From the IMG/VR virus record IMGVR_UViG_3300025030_000041, positions 1 through 64,000 of that record: a stretch of 64,000 nt of DNA; one strand, 5' to 3'. A program made the position numbers and the translations under genes. This DNA is from a virus. The notes below the pieces were generated by a model. It searched no databases. It worked only from the letters and a program-made list of their open reading frames with translations, and was not told where the DNA came from. Of this stretch, positions 38,192-47,746 are shown piece after piece; position 1 is the first letter of the stretch, and every line of letters begins with the position of its first letter.

Positions 38192-39628
38192 TTATTTATC
38201 TAATTCATTTAGCCTATCAGACAATGCCTTACGCAAAGCTTTATTTTCGAGTCTTTCATTATAAAAATAATTTAATATTTTTCGTGAGACTGAATCAATA
38301 TCCATCCTAAAATATGTATCAAATGCCGTTTTACATATTTTTCTATCTATTAGCTCCTCAATAGATAAATTAAGGCCTTTCCCTAAATATGTATCAGGTG
38401 ATATATTATTGCTACAAATTATGTTCGGATATAGACTAGAAAAGTCCTGACATACTACAGTTTTATAATATCCAGGAATCGGTTCCTTAACGAATGCGCC
38501 TTCATATTTTGGGCCACCTTCATTTTTTTGATACTTTGAGTTATATATTAGTTGTTTTTCTTCTTCTGTTTTTTCAGGTACTTTTAAATTTTGTTCTATG
38601 TATTTTCTAAATATTAGAATTTCACTTATAAATACTGGGCTATTATATTTATTAATATCACATATACTTAAGTTTACCATTTCAAATACAACATCAAGAA
38701 GAAATTTAGAGTCTTCTATTTCTTTTACTAAAATAGAGTCGATAGCATTGTATATTGCAAATTTGCGATAATTTGTTTTATACATTTCTAGTATATTTTC
38801 ATTATCATTTTTAAATTTTTTAACTCCAAGTACTTCTTTTGAAATATAGTCTAATGTATAATTCTCTACAATTTTTAATGGCGACCTGCTTCTAAATAGT
38901 TCAAGGTAGTCTATAACAGCAGTATGAGCTGGAACTAAATATTTTGTTACTCTTTTATTTGTTGCTATATTTTTTGTTGGATTTATTTTTAAATTTTCAC
39001 AGCGTTTCATTAGATATTGCCAGTCAAAATTTAAGAAATTCCATCCAGTTAATAGCGGTATTTTTGGTAGAAATTTATGAAAGAAATACTCTAACATTTC
39101 TATTTCAGTTTTGAACCAAAGATATTTTAAAGTATAGGTTTTTAAATTTGGATTACTTTTTTTAAGATATGTATTCATTTCATTTTCCATATCTTGTTCT
39201 TGACTTCTCAAGTCTTCTCGACACGACAATATATATGCAATATTAGATTCGTTTACTACTGATATTAGAAGAACTTGGTATTTTGCTTCTGATGGTTCTG
39301 GGAATTCATTATTTTCTCCAGTTTCAGTCTCAATATCACAATAATATTTTTTAGGAGTATTAAATTCTGACATTTTATTTTTTTCATCTAGTGTGAGATT
39401 ATTATATAAGAATTCTTCTTGTCTAAAACGTCCTAAATACTCTGTAGGTTTTTTTCTTACATTTTTATTATCCCAACTTTTTAATCCAGTATTTTCTTCA
39501 CAATATTCGTAGTTATATAAATCAGAACTTGGTATATTTTTAATAATAAAGTCTATTTCTTTATTTTTATTAATGTATGATATATACATTTTACTTTTAT
39601 ACTTATTAAATTCAACTCCTACTACCAT
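38192..39628 (-). CDS. 43: Family B DNA polymerase N-terminal portion: N-terminal domain plus 3'-5' exonuclease plus polymerase motif A. It terminates before motifs B and C, so it resembles a split 43A-type gene
   Basis: Exo I YYCDIETE, Exo II NFLNFDWQYL, Exo III YNAIDSILV and pol motif A VCQDFSSLYPNII. The ORF then stops about 75 aa later, with no KxxxNSxYG or YGDTDS motif. Confidence 0.8.
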   Translation of the reverse strand: MVVGVEFNKYKSKMYISYINKNKEIDFIIKNIPSSDLYNYEYCEENTGLKSWDNKNVRKKPTEYLGRFRQEEFLYNNLTLDEKNKMSEFNTPKKYYCDIETETGENNEFPEPSEAKYQVLLISVVNESNIAYILSCREDLRSQEQDMENEMNTYLKKSNPNLKTYTLKYLWFKTEIEMLEYFFHKFLPKIPLLTGWNFLNFDWQYLMKRCENLKINPTKNIATNKRVTKYLVPAHTAVIDYLELFRSRSPLKIVENYTLDYISKEVLGVKKFKNDNENILEMYKTNYRKFAIYNAIDSILVKEIEDSKFLLDVVFEMVNLSICDINKYNSPVFISEILIFRKYIEQNLKVPEKTEEEKQLIYNSKYQKNEGGPKYEGAFVKEPIPGYYKTVVCQDFSSLYPNIICSNNISPDTYLGKGLNLSIEELIDRKICKTAFDTYFRMDIDSVSRKILNYFYNERLENKALRKALSDRLNELDK

Positions 39629-39821
39629 TATTTTCTAAATTAATTAAGGTTTTTAATTTTTCTTTTAATATTATTTTATTTTTTATTTCTTCTATACGAT
39701 TATTAAAATCTGTAGTAACGTCATCTCCATCAAATACTTTATAGTTTTTAGTACTTTTATCAAAAAAAATTTTGCCAATTATATAATTAGGTTCGTCAGT
39801 ATCACCAAAAATAACTTCCAT
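39612..39821 (-). CDS. Hypothetical small protein
   Basis: ORF. Confidence 0.3.
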   Translation of the reverse strand: MEVIFGDTDEPNYIIGKIFFDKSTKNYKVFDGDDVTTDFNNRIEEIKNKIILKEKLKTLINLENNGSRS

Positions 39822-40002
39822 GGATTATTTTAGTATTTTTTAATTTAAGCTTTAATTTTTTATTTGGGCATATTGGTTCAGCCAATATTTTACCGTTAGA
39901 ATTTATTGTAATTTTCCAAGTACTACCCGTTTCATCTCTCATTATAATGCCAGATTTTTCACTTAGTATATGGACATTTCTGTCATTATCTACTGAAAAC
40001 AC
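39802..40002 (-). CDS. Small protein, paralogous to the C-terminus of ORF 40059-40406
   Basis: DETGSTWKITINSNGKILAEPICPNKKLKLKLK versus DEDGDAWSLKISRDGTLKVKPLNESKKTKLKVK. Confidence 0.35.
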   Translation of the reverse strand: MFSVDNDRNVHILSEKSGIIMRDETGSTWKITINSNGKILAEPICPNKKLKLKLKNTKIIHGSYFW

Positions 40003-40058
40003 AGGGGGTCTGATAAATTCATTATTTTAAAGAAATGATTATCCATTTTTAATTATTT

Positions 40059-40406
40059 TTAAAAATCCAATAATATCTTTACTTTAAGTTTAGTCTTTTT
40101 AGATTCATTTAATGGTTTAACTTTAAGAGTTCCATCTCTTGAAATTTTTAAACTCCAGGCATCTCCGTCTTCGTCAGCTAAAAGCATTTCACTAGCCGGG
40201 TTATAATGATAGGTTCCTATAGAACTAGGTGTATGACTGGATGTGCTGATTACACTACCTATTGAAGTATTATAAGTAGGAATAACTCTATTGTTATCAC
40301 TTATATAAGTATGGGTACGAGTATCTCCTGAAATTAAAGCACTATCATTTCTAATATGCATATTTGAATTATTATTAGATGAGTCTTTTTTTATTTTTTT
40401 AGCCAT
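40059..40406 (-). CDS. Hypothetical protein; its C-terminal domain is duplicated in the downstream small ORF
   Basis: See the paralog comparison. Confidence 0.4.
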   Translation of the reverse strand: MAKKIKKDSSNNNSNMHIRNDSALISGDTRTHTYISDNNRVIPTYNTSIGSVISTSSHTPSSIGTYHYNPASEMLLADEDGDAWSLKISRDGTLKVKPLNESKKTKLKVKILLDF

Positions 40407-40420
40407 TTTTTATCTTATTT

Positions 40421-40873
40421 TTAAATATGATTTGTACTTCCAAAACCGCCAGTTCTTGTTGTTTTTTGAAATGCAAAACATTCATCATCATTTTTACATT
40501 TAATTAAACTAGGTTTAATATATGGTAAATACATAAACTGAATTATCTTTTCTCCCGGATTAATATCAATACTATATTTACTCGTATTATATAAATGCAA
40601 GTGTACTTCTAAATGATAATCTGGATCAATTAAACACGCTCCGACTTGCAGTCGTTTTTTAGTAGCAACTCCACTTTTATTTACTGCTAATAGACATGTT
40701 CCAATTGGTATATTAAATTTAATTCCAGACGGTATTAGTACGTCTTCTCCTGGTAATAAACTTTTTTGTTGAAAATCGTTTGGAACATACATATCAATTC
40801 CAACAGAGTCTGATGTTCCTATTGATGGGTCTTTCACATCTCTGGTTTTTACATATTTTAATTTCTGATTCAT
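40421..40873 (-). CDS. dUTPase-family protein (trimeric dUTPase / dCTPase-dUTPase)
   Basis: Motif 3-like ACLIDPDY and C-terminal motif 5 RTGGFGSTN. Confidence 0.65.
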   Translation of the reverse strand: MNQKLKYVKTRDVKDPSIGTSDSVGIDMYVPNDFQQKSLLPGEDVLIPSGIKFNIPIGTCLLAVNKSGVATKKRLQVGACLIDPDYHLEVHLHLYNTSKYSIDINPGEKIIQFMYLPYIKPSLIKCKNDDECFAFQKTTRTGGFGSTNHI

Positions 40874-40884
40874 AAGTAGTGCTA

Positions 40885-41322
40885 TTATTTTTTATTTTTA
40901 CATTTTTTACATAAAATAGATACCCAGCGACTGTTTACTACTTCTACGTCAGTCATACTTCCACATTCCATACAAGTAGTATCACAAAGATTTTCGGCCA
41001 TTTCTATAATTGCATTTATTTTTTCATTACCGTATGTATATATCCTTAGTGTTGCATATTTTTCTTTAATATCAGAAATCATGCAACTATCAGTTAACTT
41101 AGATCTTAATTTATAAGCCCATTGATACTTTATTTGAACCACTGAATTTCCAGTAGCTAAATAATGTATAGCTTTTTTTATAAAAAACGGAATCCATCTT
41201 GGCCACATTTCTTTTTCTATTTCTACTATTGCATTTTTTACAATAGGCTTCCATCCCTTGGGAACACTTGGATATGAATACCCTACATGCCTATATTTTT
41301 TATAAAAATTAGAGTCGTTCAT
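40885..41322 (-). CDS. Hypothetical protein with a C-terminal zinc ribbon (CMECGS...CKKCKNKK)
   Basis: ORF. Confidence 0.35.
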   Translation of the reverse strand: MNDSNFYKKYRHVGYSYPSVPKGWKPIVKNAIVEIEKEMWPRWIPFFIKKAIHYLATGNSVVQIKYQWAYKLRSKLTDSCMISDIKEKYATLRIYTYGNEKINAIIEMAENLCDTTCMECGSMTDVEVVNSRWVSILCKKCKNKK

Positions 41323-41962
41323 TTAAATTAAAATGTTTTTTATAAATATGTAAATTTACTATAAAATGGTAATACCATCCAACTTCTATACTTAATTTAT
41401 TAGAGACTAATTCTTGTAATTTAGAGAAACAATACTGGTCATTACAAAAGCCATAGACTAAATCACACGACCTCATTAATACTGACATACATAATTTATT
41501 ATCGATTATAGTAAAATTAATAGAATATGTGCATGGAGTATCTTTACTATATAATTCTATTTCTTTAGCATCATAAATTGATATGGATGCTTTGCGAGTA
41601 TCCTTTTTGTTTTTTAATATATCTACTATTTTATCTAACTGGCTATTCCTGGACCATTGATACCCATAATTTGAGTTTACGTTTCCAGCATCATCCATCA
41701 TATTATACCAAATTTTCGCTTTTTTAGCAATTTCTATGGCCGACGGATCTCCTGATAAATACCATTGCCATTCATATTCAGCGTAATCTTTTTTCCATTT
41801 TCTCCATGGAACTTCTATTAGATTATCTAATGGATTTAATAAATAAAAGCCAGTATTAAATAGGGCCTTTGTATTATCAAAAGATATTCCTTGTGCCATT
41901 ATAGTATTATATAATGTTAAGAACGCGTCAGATGAATTTTTAAATGTATTAGTTTTTATCAT
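41309..41962 (-). CDS. 42: dCMP hydroxymethylase-like enzyme (thymidylate synthase superfamily; T4 gp42-like)
   Basis: EYEWQWYLSG, GNVNSNYGYQWS, TPCTYSINF and MRSCDLVYGFCNDQY match T4 gp42 ELEWYKSKS, GEINSNYGWAIWS, FMCTNTVQY and MRSNDVVFGFRNDYA. FG(F)xND replaces the LGxPFN of true thymidylate synthases, and the length (217 aa) fits the hydroxymethylase rather than TS. Confidence 0.6.
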   Translation of the reverse strand: MIKTNTFKNSSDAFLTLYNTIMAQGISFDNTKALFNTGFYLLNPLDNLIEVPWRKWKKDYAEYEWQWYLSGDPSAIEIAKKAKIWYNMMDDAGNVNSNYGYQWSRNSQLDKIVDILKNKKDTRKASISIYDAKEIELYSKDTPCTYSINFTIIDNKLCMSVLMRSCDLVYGFCNDQYCFSKLQELVSNKLSIEVGWYYHFIVNLHIYKKHFNLNERL

Positions 41963-42527
41963 TATTTAATAAAATAAGTATTTCATCAATATTAAATGGC
42001 CGATATTCTCCTAAAATATTTTTAGCATTATCTATACCTACGTCCATTGATTTTCCTATTCCTTGCAATGCTCCATGGCTATGCCCAAATAAATGAATGC
42101 TTCCTTTATGTGAAGTAGGCCATACTCTATGTGAATAATGACTTAAAAATATATTAATATTATTATGAGTAATTGATAAAGTGTTTTGTACTGAAGAAAA
42201 TAAGTCTTTAGCATAAATAATTCCAGTTTCTATTATGAATTTTTTATTAGTTCGTATGTATGAATCATGATTGCCTAAAATAAAATGTATAGTTTTACAG
42301 TTAATTTGGTCTCTAAATCTTTTAATATTATATGGATGGCCAAATGACCAATCACCTAAAAAATATAAAATATCATTATCTTTTACATTTTCATTTATTT
42401 TTTCTATAAAGAAATTAGTCATTTGAATCTCATCAACGAAATCTCTATATCCAGTTTTCCATTCAGATATAGTCGGGCCAGAAATATTCTTATGATAAGC
42501 GTGTAAGTCGGAAGTAAACCAAATCAT
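41949..42527 (-). CDS. Calcineurin-like metallophosphoesterase
   Basis: FTSDLH, GDW, GNHD and GHSH motifs. Confidence 0.7.
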   Translation of the reverse strand: MIWFTSDLHAYHKNISGPTISEWKTGYRDFVDEIQMTNFFIEKINENVKDNDILYFLGDWSFGHPYNIKRFRDQINCKTIHFILGNHDSYIRTNKKFIIETGIIYAKDLFSSVQNTLSITHNNINIFLSHYSHRVWPTSHKGSIHLFGHSHGALQGIGKSMDVGIDNAKNILGEYRPFNIDEILILLNNDKN

Positions 42528-43033
42528 AGATTGTTTATTATAAAAGTAAGTTGTTCATTTAAATTTTCGGATTCAGTATTTACCTTTAAATATTTACAAT
42601 TAGTTTTTGTTAAATATTCTTCATAAAATGAATTTATGTCTTTTATTTTATTTAAAGGTATTATCTCATCATTATACTCTTTATAATTATCTTTATAACA
42701 AAAAACAATTATTGTTTTATATTCTGCGTATAATTTGTCTAATTCAAAAATAAGGGGTTCATTTATATTTCGGTTAAAACATTTTCCATATACATATTCA
42801 CATATATTATGCCTATCAAATATAATATTTTTAGTTTGAGTTTGTTTAATAAAATCAAACAAAAAAGGAGCATGATTTTCAAAATGGGTTTTATGATTTT
42901 CTATTTTAAATAAAGAGTGTTCTAATGTATTTTTATAATATTTCCAACCTAAAATATTGGATAATTTCTTTGATATTGTGGTTTTTCCAGTATTATCAGC
43001 TCCACAAAAAATTATTAAGTTATAATTTAGCAT
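42524..43033 (-). CDS. P-loop nucleoside/nucleotide kinase-like protein
   Basis: IIFCGADNTGKTT P-loop; small size and DRH-like mid-motif resemble dNK/thymidylate-kinase-like enzymes. Confidence 0.45.
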   Translation of the reverse strand: MLNYNLIIFCGADNTGKTTISKKLSNILGWKYYKNTLEHSLFKIENHKTHFENHAPFLFDFIKQTQTKNIIFDRHNICEYVYGKCFNRNINEPLIFELDKLYAEYKTIIVFCYKDNYKEYNDEIIPLNKIKDINSFYEEYLTKTNCKYLKVNTESENLNEQLTFIINNL

Positions 43034-43344
43034 TCTATATTGTATACTCCTGAGTTTAAATCAATAGTTGTTTTAATTGATGACGACGCTATTCCAGTTG
43101 AAGTAGAAGATGTTCCACACGTAATATTAGGAGTATTCCACCATGGATAAACTGGAGTTGGATTATAAGGGTAATCTCTAATTACAATAGGATTAGCCCA
43201 GTTAATAGTATTATTAGTTTCTATTTTAAAGTTTTTCCATTCATTATCAGGAAGAAGTTTTTTTATAGTATTATAAAATTCTCCTAGATTTATAGATTCT
43301 TCAATTCTTATAATTTTTTCTATTGTATCTAATTGTATTTTCAT
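43027..43344 (-). CDS. Hypothetical protein
   Basis: ORF. Confidence 0.3.
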   Translation of the reverse strand: MKIQLDTIEKIIRIEESINLGEFYNTIKKLLPDNEWKNFKIETNNTINWANPIVIRDYPYNPTPVYPWWNTPNITCGTSSTSTGIASSSIKTTIDLNSGVYNIEC

Positions 43345-43931
43345 GAATTTATTATTTTTTTTAATTCTATTGATTGCTTAATATTTTTATCCTTATCATT
43401 AAATCTTTTTACGTATGATGGATGATAAAGCTTATAAAATTCATAATCTATATTATTTATAGATTTTATAGTTTTTTCAAAAAACTTTATATTTTTATTT
43501 AAAATGTGATTAGTTGTTTCATTTCCTAATAAAAATATTTTTTTAGGATTTACTAACTGTATTTGTTCATATAAAAAGTTACAGCAATTATAAATTTCAG
43601 TTGAATTTAAATTTGAATTATTTGGAGAAGAACATTTACATAAATTTGTAAAAAATACTTTTGTCATTATAGTTTCTATTCCTAATTCACTTATTAGGTA
43701 TTTTCCTAATTTGCAATTAAGCCAATCTAATTTATACTTTTCATAAAATTCATTACTATTTGTAATGGCGGTATAATCGTGTTCTATTCCTGGGTTTTGA
43801 ACAATTATAAAAATTTCTATTTCATTTAAATTGTCATTAAAATAAACATGCGGAAATGAAAAAATACTATTTTGGTTTAGCCTAGGACATTTCTTACATT
43901 TTAATATTTTATTTTGTAAAGTCTTAAGCAT
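43341..43931 (-). CDS. Uracil-DNA glycosylase-like protein (family 4/5 type, with an Fe-S-like CxxC...C pattern)
   Basis: CKKCPRL near the N-terminus, motif-A-like VQNPGIEHD (GE[AG]PG position), C-terminal LYHPSY (HPS motif). Confidence 0.5.
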   Translation of the reverse strand: MLKTLQNKILKCKKCPRLNQNSIFSFPHVYFNDNLNEIEIFIIVQNPGIEHDYTAITNSNEFYEKYKLDWLNCKLGKYLISELGIETIMTKVFFTNLCKCSSPNNSNLNSTEIYNCCNFLYEQIQLVNPKKIFLLGNETTNHILNKNIKFFEKTIKSINNIDYEFYKLYHPSYVKRFNDKDKNIKQSIELKKIINS

Positions 43932-45015
43932 TAATCATAGTTCTATTGTGTTGGGCTTCTAAAATTTGTTTTATAGTTTCATGTAATGAAATAGTAATTT
44001 TCCAATTTGGATAATCTTTTTGAAATTTAGAATAGTCAGTTACATAAAAAATATGGTCGCCTATTCTAGGGTCATCTAAAAAAGTGTAGTTATTCCATTC
44101 TTTTACATATTTAAATGAATTCATTATATTTATAGCTTCTATAATTGAGCATTCATTTCCGCGCCCGCCACCTGCATTATATACTTCGCCTTGTTTAGGA
44201 TTTTGATAAAAATTCCAAAACATATTTATTAAATCATAACTATGTATATTATCTCTAACTCTTTTTCCTCTATCTCCGAAAATATTATAATGATTTCCTG
44301 TTATTACACATTTAGCCAAATATGATAAAAATCCATGTAATTCAGTTCCAGAATGGGCCGGGCCAGTCAAACACCCGCCTCTAAATATACCAATATTCAT
44401 TCCAAAATATTTACCATATTCTTGACACATTATATCGGCTGAAACTTTAGATGCACCAAATACAGAGTGCTTACTGTTATCAATAGACATAGATTCGTCT
44501 ATTCCATTTTTATAAAATTTATGTGATTGGTCTATTTCAAATCTATTTTCTTTCTCGATTAATGGAAGATAATTTGGAGTATCCCCGTATACTTTATTTG
44601 TACTTGTAAATATAAACACTGCATCTTTACTATAAGTTCTAGTTGCCTCTAATAAATATAAAGTTCCTAGTGCATTAACACTAAAATCTTTAATAGGGTC
44701 CGTCGCTGCCCAATCATGTGACGGTTGTGCTGCCGTGTGAACCACTAAATGTATATCTGAATTATATAATTCAAATATCTTATTTAATTGTTCAACATTT
44801 CTAATATCAATATTATAGTGAATAAATTTTTCTGGATATTTCGTTTTTAATTTATTCGTATTCCATAAGGTAGAAGCCGTTTTACCAAAAAATTCTTCAC
44901 GCATATTATTGTCTATTCCAATAATAATATCAAATTTATTAATAAAAAAATCAACAGCCTCTGACCCAATTAATCCGCCTGATCCAGTTACTATACATAC
45001 TTTATTCTTTTTCAT
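43924..45015 (-). CDS. NAD-dependent nucleotide-sugar epimerase/dehydratase (extended SDR)
   Basis: Rossmann VTGSGGLIGS, catalytic S...FGASK (YxxxK-type) and a GGRGNE-like region; length 363 aa. Confidence 0.75.
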   Translation of the reverse strand: MKKNKVCIVTGSGGLIGSEAVDFFINKFDIIIGIDNNMREEFFGKTASTLWNTNKLKTKYPEKFIHYNIDIRNVEQLNKIFELYNSDIHLVVHTAAQPSHDWAATDPIKDFSVNALGTLYLLEATRTYSKDAVFIFTSTNKVYGDTPNYLPLIEKENRFEIDQSHKFYKNGIDESMSIDNSKHSVFGASKVSADIMCQEYGKYFGMNIGIFRGGCLTGPAHSGTELHGFLSYLAKCVITGNHYNIFGDRGKRVRDNIHSYDLINMFWNFYQNPKQGEVYNAGGGRGNECSIIEAINIMNSFKYVKEWNNYTFLDDPRIGDHIFYVTDYSKFQKDYPNWKITISLHETIKQILEAQHNRTMINA

Positions 45016-45183
45016 ATTTTTTATTTTTGTTTTTCAGATGAATACGCTATGAGTGTTGTCGAAATGATAACTAACATTTCGTAATTAGTTGGCTGAACTC
45101 CATACATTAAAAGATTTAGAGTTACATAAATGTCTAGTAGTACTACTAAACTTAAAATAATAGTATTTAATAAATTTTTCATG

Positions 45184-46482
45184 TTATTTGTTTTTAATTA
45201 ATTCTTTTAAATCATTAATAATTATATGAGCTGACTTTTCATATGACTCGTAATCATATCCTATTTTTTTACAAAGACTACTATAGTTAGTATACTCGGT
45301 ATTATTTGTATTTATTATTTCAACTGCTTTTATAATACATTCTGATAATGAGTTAACCTCAATTTCATTAGATTCATTTACTTCACAAAAGAATGGGTAA
45401 TTTGTATTATTTGAATGTTTAAATTTATACCAATAATTATTAACTTTTGGCATAATTGTAATATTTCCTGCTATTAGGGCTTCACAATGAGTTACTCCGC
45501 CATGAACCTCATTTGTAAATAAATTACAACTCACACGTGCTCTATTTATAAAAGTTAAATAATCTTCTCTTGACCAATTTAAATTATTAGGTAGTACCTC
45601 TACTGTATTATTAGATAAAGTATTAATTAAACTTAATTGTTCTTCTGTTACCTTTCTAGTTGGATTAAGCATTATTGCTTTAAATGGTATATTAGTTTTA
45701 GATTTTGCAAGTCCTACTGCTTCAGCGAACTTATGATAATTATTATATCTATTCGCTGAATCTGATATTCTATTACCAAAATAGATAGTTGTTTCATCAA
45801 ATTTCGAAACACTAGAATATTTTAATACTTCTTTAGCCCATACCCCAATATTCCAGCTTGTTGTTTTTTTAATTAAATTTCTATTTTTATAAAATGTATC
45901 ATACGCGTCTAACGATTCTCTTTCATTTTCTTTAGATTGAAATGCTGTTAAATTTGAATTATTAAAGCTTTCCATTTGTCTTTCAAAATATGTAATCTGT
46001 TCTGACACTTTTTTAGATACAGGAGTATCCATAAAATAATTAGTACTAACAATTGGAATATTTAATTTTAATTCATAAAATAAAGTATTCCAGTTTTTAG
46101 TTAATGTATTTTGGTCATTAATCATTACGTCACATTCTTTTAATAAATTATATTGTTTTTTCCAAAATATATAATCAAAATGGTATCTAGTATTAGACGG
46201 CCCAACTGGAGAATCAAATTCTATAAAAGTTATTCTAGAGTGATATTTTTGTTCAAACATACTATAGTATGTCCAATACTCTTTGGATAATCTAATGTCT
46301 GGAATAGCAATTAAAAAAGATATATTACTATCATTTTCTAAAATTTCTGATATTATTCCAATACATATATTCATACATGCGTCTGTACTTAGTATAAAGT
46401 TCTTTCCATCATTATTACTTATTTGAGTAGCATAAAATACTTTCATAACACTTTTTTTGAAACAATATATTTGAAAACTCAT
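45184..46482 (-). CDS. Putative glycosyltransferase (GT-B-like C-terminal half); candidate DNA or surface-glycan sugar transferase
   Basis: C-terminal NEVHGGVTHCEALIAGNITIMPK resembles the E-x7-E / nucleotide-sugar binding region of GT-B enzymes. The call is weak. Confidence 0.35.
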   Translation of the reverse strand: MSFQIYCFKKSVMKVFYATQISNNDGKNFILSTDACMNICIGIISEILENDSNISFLIAIPDIRLSKEYWTYYSMFEQKYHSRITFIEFDSPVGPSNTRYHFDYIFWKKQYNLLKECDVMINDQNTLTKNWNTLFYELKLNIPIVSTNYFMDTPVSKKVSEQITYFERQMESFNNSNLTAFQSKENERESLDAYDTFYKNRNLIKKTTSWNIGVWAKEVLKYSSVSKFDETTIYFGNRISDSANRYNNYHKFAEAVGLAKSKTNIPFKAIMLNPTRKVTEEQLSLINTLSNNTVEVLPNNLNWSREDYLTFINRARVSCNLFTNEVHGGVTHCEALIAGNITIMPKVNNYWYKFKHSNNTNYPFFCEVNESNEIEVNSLSECIIKAVEIINTNNTEYTNYSSLCKKIGYDYESYEKSAHIIINDLKELIKNK

Positions 46483-46590
46483 ACAATGTTTTATAAAATT
46501 TTAGCGTTTTTAGAAATAATGTGTATAATTAAATAATATAATGTATTAAATGCCAATCATTTATAGTATACTATTATATTTAATTTGGGA

Positions 46591-46641
46591 AAATATTTTA
46601 ATATATTAAAACTATTTCTTATTTTTGTATTAAATATAACG
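46591..46641 (+). repeat. 51-nt conserved box, copy A: aaatattttaatatattaaaactatttcttatttttgtattaaatataacg
   Basis: 49 of 51 nt identical to 49677-49727. It is followed by a GC-rich structured segment (46642-46700). Confidence 0.6.
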
Positions 46642-46798
46642 GCCGGTACTTTATGCCCAGTTTGCCATACGGACACTTAACATTTAGCAGTAGAGTTGAT
46701 GACAAACTTGTATAAAGTAATTGTTATAAAATCGGTGTGGTTAGTTTAGTAGAATGTTAATTAAAAATTTAAACAAAACTATTTAAAACAAAAAAAAG

Positions 46799-47212
46799 AT
46801 GACGACAAATAATTTAAGAGAAAAAACAGTTTTACAAATTACAGAAATTGTAAAAGAATATTGTAAAACTGCAGAACCAACAAATGTGTATTTGGCTTTC
46901 AAAAAAGAGGTGGACAAACCATTGATGATTGAAACAAAATACCCAATACCTAATGAAAATATTACAGTAATGATTTCGGATATTAGAAAAGATTGGCAAT
47001 TACCATTAGCAGGAACAAAGGATATTGGAAACCCAAAATTAAAAGAGATGAGCCGAGAAGATTTTGAAAAAACATTTGATATATTATCATATACTGTACA
47101 GGAAGAAAGCCAAATAATTATGAAAGTAATTGATAAATTGGGATTACATAAATGGGAACATGAAGGAAAATTAAAACAGTTTCATTACTATCAAGGAAGT
47201 TATAACAAATAG
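46799..47212 (+). CDS. Hypothetical protein
   Basis: ORF; GC content higher than the window average. Confidence 0.4.
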   Translation: MTTNNLREKTVLQITEIVKEYCKTAEPTNVYLAFKKEVDKPLMIETKYPIPNENITVMISDIRKDWQLPLAGTKDIGNPKLKEMSREDFEKTFDILSYTVQEESQIIMKVIDKLGLHKWEHEGKLKQFHYYQGSYNK

Positions 47213-47224
47213 GGTGTAGGCTTT

Positions 47225-47395
47225 TTATTTATTAAATTTTTTAAAAGAAATGATAATACGACGTGATAAAGTAAGCCTTTTTGCCGAGCCTGTGTTATAA
47301 GGCGAAGCGAACAGTTGGTTTTTCGCCAATGGCTTATAATGGTGTCAGGCTTGGCGAAGTGATTAAACCTGAAGCTAAATAGAATAACTAAACTT
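47225..47395 (+). ncRNA. Candidate structured RNA: a GC-rich intergenic element with multiple local stems
   Basis: ggcgaa...ttcgcc and cgccaa...ttggcg 6-bp stems, aagcc/ggctt pairings, and locally elevated GC in an otherwise AT-rich genome. No family assignment is possible by eye. Confidence 0.25.
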
Positions 47396-47410
47396 TAAAA
47401 TTAAGAACAA

Positions 47411-47746
47411 ATGACAAATAGAATTACTGAACATTCATTTTGCCAAACACATGTTAGTGGCAGTTTATCTTTGGAAACGATTGCTGATTATGTTACAAAA
47501 AAAGATTTATCTGTGCATAAAAAAATATGTAATTTGTGGTTAAAATCAGGAAACAAAGCAGAAGATTTTCCTAAACTACCGCCTTGTTGGATGGATGTTG
47601 AAATAACATTAAAAAATGGTAAAAAATATAAATCTTTTTTAGTGAGTATAAATAATTGTGGTGATACTCAATTCGTGATTAATAGAATGTTTAAAGAAAG
47701 GATTTATTTAGATATGGATGAAGTTGTTAGTTGGGAGTTCGTTTAA
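47411..47746 (+). CDS. Hypothetical protein
   Basis: ORF. Confidence 0.4.
   Translation: MTNRITEHSFCQTHVSGSLSLETIADYVTKKDLSVHKKICNLWLKSGNKAEDFPKLPPCWMDVEITLKNGKKYKSFLVSINNCGDTQFVINRMFKERIYLDMDEVVSWEFV

Noticed and set aside
39612-39821. FGDTDE in a 69-aa ORF as a possible polymerase motif C (YGDTDS) fragment
   Set aside because: It lies upstream of, not downstream of, the polymerase N-terminal fragment, the ORF is far too short, and the surrounding sequence has no palm-domain features
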